The translations under genes and the position numbers were made by a program. A model generated the notes under the pieces. That model was not told the origin of the DNA. It did not search any database and saw only the letters and a program-made list of their open reading frames with translations. This document shows positions 6,520 to 10,641 of a DNA stretch of 10,641 nucleotides, in pieces. The stretch comes from an uncultured Fibrobacterales bacterium (lineage in GTDB: Bacteria > Fibrobacterota > Fibrobacteria > Fibrobacterales > CAWVXU01): positions 1 through 10,641 of the forward strand of contig CAWVXU010000089.1 of NCBI GenBank assembly GCA_963934255.1, in the 5' to 3' direction. How positions within the stretch are numbered: the first letter of the stretch is position 1; each line of letters begins with the position of its first letter.

Positions 6520-9500
6520 TCTCTCTATTTGCATGATCGTGAAAGATGAATATGAAAATCTTTCCCGCCTTCTACCTTGGCTTTCTTTATGTGGAGCTGA
6601 GGTTATTGTTGTTGATACTGGCTCCACAGATGGTACTACCGAATTAATTCACCAACACATAGGGACCCATCATTATTTTAAATGGTGTGATGATTTTGCT
6701 CAAGCAAGAAATTTTTCACTAAGCCTTGCATGTCGTTCAAATATACTGTGGTTAGATGCTGATGATCGAGTAGATGATTTCTCTTGGCAACGAATTATAT
6801 CCTTAGCTCAAAGTAATTCTAAAGCATTTAGATTTATAATTAAAAACCCACTTGAACAAAACTTTCAAGGTAAAACTATATCTGAAGAGATTTTTCGTCA
6901 GGTACGACTCTTCCCCAGAGAAATCAGCCAAGGTCAACCAACTTTTAATGGTGTTATTCATGAAGAGGTTCGTTCGAGCTTAGAACAATTAAAAATTCCA
7001 ATTGAAGAAGCACAAGTTGAAATATTACATATGGGATATGTTGATTCAGAGCTTCGTGCAAAGAAGTCAAAACGCAACCTAGATATTTTAAATCGTGCAG
7101 TTAAAAATGAAGTATTCAATCCATTTCTGGAGATGGAATATGCCAATGCATTATTCCAAACGTCGAGTTATGAAGAAGCGCTTGAATCTTATGCCAAAAT
7201 ATGGCAAAGTCCTTTAAGTGACGCGACTGAAGTTAAATTATTTACACCAGTATTTATTGCTAACACATTGAAAGAACTCGGACAAAAAGAAGACGCTCTT
7301 GATTGGTATTGTAAAAGTTCTGAGGAGTCTCCTCAAGTATTATCCGCACACTATGAAGCGGCTAGGTCTTATTTTGAATCAGGTCAATTTGTTGAGGCTG
7401 AGAAATTCCTCAATCGAATTATTGATCAAGAAATTGAAATATTGAGTATTCCTCAAAACTCAATTGGTATTAAAAGAAATGCATTGGGGTTACTTTGTTT
7501 AGGATTTTTTGCACAAAGAAAATATACTGAGCTTTGGGATGTTATAATCAAATTATACAACAATAAAGACGTGACGCATGTAGAAGAGTTTAAGCTACGT
7601 GATGTTCCGATTGATCTATGGGTTTTTATTGAATGTGGTATTGAGCTGAAAAAGAAAAACATTACAAGGGAAATTTTAAATTATCTCTGTCTGAAAGCAT
7701 TGAACCCATCTCATGATCAAATTTTACAAAATCTTGATGCATTGGATGGAGATGTTAAAAATAAATCAGTTCAAAGCCAACTCGCTAAGGATAAAATGGA
7801 AAATTCAAAAAATAAAACAAAAGAATTAAGTCCGGCCGAGGTTGATAAACTTTTAGGTACTATCAAAAAACCATTAAAACCGCGCGGACTTCCAAATACT
7901 CTGAGTATTTGTATGATTGTCAAAAATGAAGAGAAGAACATTGAAGCGGCGGTAAATAGTTTTTTACGCTTTGCTGATGAAATCATCGTCAATGATACGG
8001 GATCAAGTGATCGCACGATTGAAATATTAAGAACACTGCCGGTCAAAATTATTCAAACAGAATGGAAAGACGATTTTTCCTATTCAAGAAACGCATCTAT
8101 TGCTGAAGCCACTTGCAGTTGGATTCTTTGGATGGACGCAGATGATCGAGTTCCTGAAGATCAAGTTGAAAGTTTTAATAAATTAAAAACTGCACCACTT
8201 GATAGGTGTTTTGGTTTTCAAATCGTCAATACTCAAGGTGGGCTTCCGATAGGTACCCGTTTCATGCAGACTCGCATGTTCCCCAATCATCCGAGTTTGT
8301 TATTCGAACGTACAATTCACGAGCAGATTATTTTTTCATGTGCGAAGCTTGGGCTGCATTCAATGTTTACCGAAACTCTGATTTGGCATACAGGATATGA
8401 AGATCCAAAAATTAAAGCTGAGAAAGCACAAAGAAATTTGGATTTACTAGAGGGCGAAGCTGAGGGCACTTCTGACCCGATCCTTTTAATGCAAGTAGGA
8501 GATAGTTTAGCAATTTTGGAAAAATGGTCTGATGCATCGCTTGCTTATATTCGTGCTTATGAAATTCCAGATTGTAAGACGATTAACAAAGATGTTTGGA
8601 AGGAATTACCCAATTCAATCGGAAGATGCTTGCAGCAAGCTGGCCAATTAGAAGAGGCTTTGACTTGGTTCGTTAAGGGGCAAGCCAATGGCCCAGAAAA
8701 AGTAGAGCCTTGGTTCTTTCAAGGTGAGACCTATATCAAATTGGGCAAATGGGATCAAGCCCGAGGCTTCTTTGAAAAATCAATTAGTTTAGAAAGAAGT
8801 TTTTCTGGAGTTTCTAATCAATATGATGTGATGCAAATATATTCGCTCAAATATTTATGTGATATTGAACTCCGTGTTAAAAATTGGGAAATAGCCCTTC
8901 AGAGGGCTGATCAATTTTTGAGAAAATACCCCGAGGTGGTTGAAAGTCGAGTATTCAAAGCGAAGGCTTGCATGGGTTTGAGCCAATTTGAAGAGGCTGA
9001 AAAGTCCTTTAAGTCGGCTATTGAGATGAATGCCACAGCTAGCTTAGAGGCTTGGCAGGGGTTACTGAGCTGTTTGGATATGCAAGGCAAAGATGCTGAA
9101 TTTATTCTAGTCAAAGAAAACATGCAGAAACATTTTCCGACTCAAGCCTCACAAATACAGCTTGGTAGTTCTCGGACACCATTGATGACAGCAACTCATT
9201 CTCAACCAGACTTATCTGTTTGTATTATTGTCAAAAATGAATCGGCGAATATAGGTGATTGTCTTAAAAGTATCGAACCATTAGGTGCTGAAATCATTGT
9301 GGTAGATACTGGATCTGAAGATAATACCGTTGAAATTGCTAAAAGTTTTGGTGCTCATATGTATTTCTTTGACTGGGTTCAAGATTTCGGTGCAGCACGT
9401 AATGTCTCATTAAAACACGCGACAGGTCGTTGGATATTGTGGATGGATGCGGATGATCGATTACCGGATTCTGAAGTATCTCGAATTTTATCGCTAGTGA

Positions 9501-10510
9501 AAGCTCAAGCTCAAACGGCTTATGGTTTTTTAATTAAAAACTCACAAGATAATGGAAAGACTGGTTCGGTATTTAATCAAATCAGATTGTTCCCCAATAG
9601 CTCTAATCTACGATTTGAAGGCAAAGTTCATGAACAAATTTCACCATCTTTATCTCGAGCAGGGATAGCTATAGAATTTCTTAATCTTAAAGTTATCCAT
9701 ACGGGTTATTTGGATGAACAAACCAGTATTGAGAAGCAAAAACGTAATCTTAAAATTCTAATGGATGAGTTAGAGGATAACCCTAAAGTCAAAACACCTG
9801 TGAGGTATTTTAGTATTGCTGGAGCTTATTTTGATTTTAAAGACTTTAAAAATGCCATTAAATGGTATGGTTTAACAATTGAGCTTGCTCAATCTACTGG
9901 TCAAGACCCTCATGTTAAATCTCATTGTCCTGTCAAAATTGCGGAATGTCAGGCAAATCTTGGAAATTATGAGCTTTCGCTTGATTTGATTTCAAAAATC
10001 CAAGCTGACAATCCCACCAACCCTGAAGCTCTTCTTTTACAGGCTCAGATGCAAGAAAGGCTTGGTCAGCGTGATTTAGCGATGATTTCATATTCTCAAT
10101 TGTTTGTATTTCAAGAGACTCAATCAATGTTACCAGTAGATTATCAACGACTTCATTTAAATGCCACAAAGTTTATTGCTGAAGAACTTAAAAACCAATC
10201 TAAAATGGAAATTGCCTTAGAAATACTGAAATTAGGTCTAAGTATTGGAAATGGAGACAAAGTATCGTCTCAAAAAGTACTGAGCTTATACTTTGATTTT
10301 GAAGAGTATGATTTGTGTCTGGCTATATTAGAACAAGAGAAGTTTATTAATAAAGATGCGGACCATTTTTTGAATCTAGGCAAAATCCATATACTATTGA
10401 ATCAAGTGGAACAAGCTCAAAAAGCTTTAAAAGAGGGGATTCGCCTTTTTCCTCAAGATCAAGACATCTTACAGTTATTCCAAGCACTCAAAGCTGATTT
10501 GAGTGCGTAA
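6512..10510 (+). CDS. Triple-module GT2 glycosyltransferase-TPR protein (1332 aa), GmaR-like protein glycosyltransferase modules
   Basis: GTG start overlapping the upstream gene by 8 nt, SD AAGGA 6500-6504. Three GT2 domains begin at nt 6521, 7901 and 9212 (LSICMIVKDE / LSICMIVKNEE / LSVCIIVKNE). Each has DTGSxD, DFxxxRN, W[LM]DADDR, [IV]HE, H[MT]GY and KxxRNL, and each is followed by TPR-like helices. Confidence 0.92.
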   Translation: MIDLSICMIVKDEYENLSRLLPWLSLCGAEVIVVDTGSTDGTTELIHQHIGTHHYFKWCDDFAQARNFSLSLACRSNILWLDADDRVDDFSWQRIISLAQSNSKAFRFIIKNPLEQNFQGKTISEEIFRQVRLFPREISQGQPTFNGVIHEEVRSSLEQLKIPIEEAQVEILHMGYVDSELRAKKSKRNLDILNRAVKNEVFNPFLEMEYANALFQTSSYEEALESYAKIWQSPLSDATEVKLFTPVFIANTLKELGQKEDALDWYCKSSEESPQVLSAHYEAARSYFESGQFVEAEKFLNRIIDQEIEILSIPQNSIGIKRNALGLLCLGFFAQRKYTELWDVIIKLYNNKDVTHVEEFKLRDVPIDLWVFIECGIELKKKNITREILNYLCLKALNPSHDQILQNLDALDGDVKNKSVQSQLAKDKMENSKNKTKELSPAEVDKLLGTIKKPLKPRGLPNTLSICMIVKNEEKNIEAAVNSFLRFADEIIVNDTGSSDRTIEILRTLPVKIIQTEWKDDFSYSRNASIAEATCSWILWMDADDRVPEDQVESFNKLKTAPLDRCFGFQIVNTQGGLPIGTRFMQTRMFPNHPSLLFERTIHEQIIFSCAKLGLHSMFTETLIWHTGYEDPKIKAEKAQRNLDLLEGEAEGTSDPILLMQVGDSLAILEKWSDASLAYIRAYEIPDCKTINKDVWKELPNSIGRCLQQAGQLEEALTWFVKGQANGPEKVEPWFFQGETYIKLGKWDQARGFFEKSISLERSFSGVSNQYDVMQIYSLKYLCDIELRVKNWEIALQRADQFLRKYPEVVESRVFKAKACMGLSQFEEAEKSFKSAIEMNATASLEAWQGLLSCLDMQGKDAEFILVKENMQKHFPTQASQIQLGSSRTPLMTATHSQPDLSVCIIVKNESANIGDCLKSIEPLGAEIIVVDTGSEDNTVEIAKSFGAHMYFFDWVQDFGAARNVSLKHATGRWILWMDADDRLPDSEVSRILSLVKAQAQTAYGFLIKNSQDNGKTGSVFNQIRLFPNSSNLRFEGKVHEQISPSLSRAGIAIEFLNLKVIHTGYLDEQTSIEKQKRNLKILMDELEDNPKVKTPVRYFSIAGAYFDFKDFKNAIKWYGLTIELAQSTGQDPHVKSHCPVKIAECQANLGNYELSLDLISKIQADNPTNPEALLLQAQMQERLGQRDLAMISYSQLFVFQETQSMLPVDYQRLHLNATKFIAEELKNQSKMEIALEILKLGLSIGNGDKVSSQKVLSLYFDFEEYDLCLAILEQEKFINKDADHFLNLGKIHILLNQVEQAQKALKEGIRLFPQDQDILQLFQALKADLSA

Positions 10511-10641
10511 AAACAAAATATATATGACAATTACTTCATATGAAATACTTCAGCATACATGAATGGTATTACAAAGTGTGACTATTAAGAATTAAGAACA
10601 GAATGGATGGCTCAAGGTATTTCGAATCCTTTAATGGTGGG

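Noticed and set aside
193..10169. Short ORFs nested in or antisense to the large genes (193-375, 783-1034, 3112-3294, 4414-4596, 4863-5051, 5765-5974, 6958-7146, 7453-7662, 7771-8046, 8206-8400, 8911-9123, 9933-10169)
   Set aside because: All are 60-91 aa, lie wholly within well-supported genes and show no recognisable motifs; consistent with shadow ORFs.
6512..10510. Glycocin (SunS-like) RiPP cluster
   Set aside because: The GT2 motifs are related, but there is no Cys-containing precursor with a double-glycine leader, no peptidase-ABC exporter and no thiol-disulfide oxidoreductase in the window; flagellar context fits better.
10511..10641. Possible start of a next gene (ATG 10603 or 10607), palindrome TTCATATGAA (10535-10544) and ATTAAGA direct repeat (10584-10597)
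   Set aside because: Too little sequence to choose a frame or strand, no clear SD or terminator, and short AT-rich repeats are expected by chance.

Overview
AT-rich bacterial chromosomal segment, all real genes on the + strand. It opens with the 3' end of fliW and a complete csrA of the FliW-regulated type (Asn55), followed by a strong intrinsic terminator. A 310-bp intergenic region holds two inverted repeats, helically phased GCCTGTTTT(T)A direct repeats and a good sigma54 (-24/-12) promoter in front of a small MerR-type HTH gene whose true start is most likely 713, not 668. Three large, translationally coupled genes follow. The first (1411 aa) is a mosaic of a catalytically dead GT2, two further degenerate domains, one intact GT2 and three TPR modules. 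The second (379 aa) is a degenerate SAM-methyltransferase-like domain plus a fourth copy of the same TPR module. The third (1332 aa) consists of three tandem GT2+TPR modules, each with intact catalytic motifs. The best interpretation is a flagellar-locus-linked protein (flagellin) glycosylation island with unusual multi-domain and pseudo-enzyme architecture. The substrate, the sugars and the organism cannot be determined from this window, and all domain calls come from reading motifs by eye, not from database searches.
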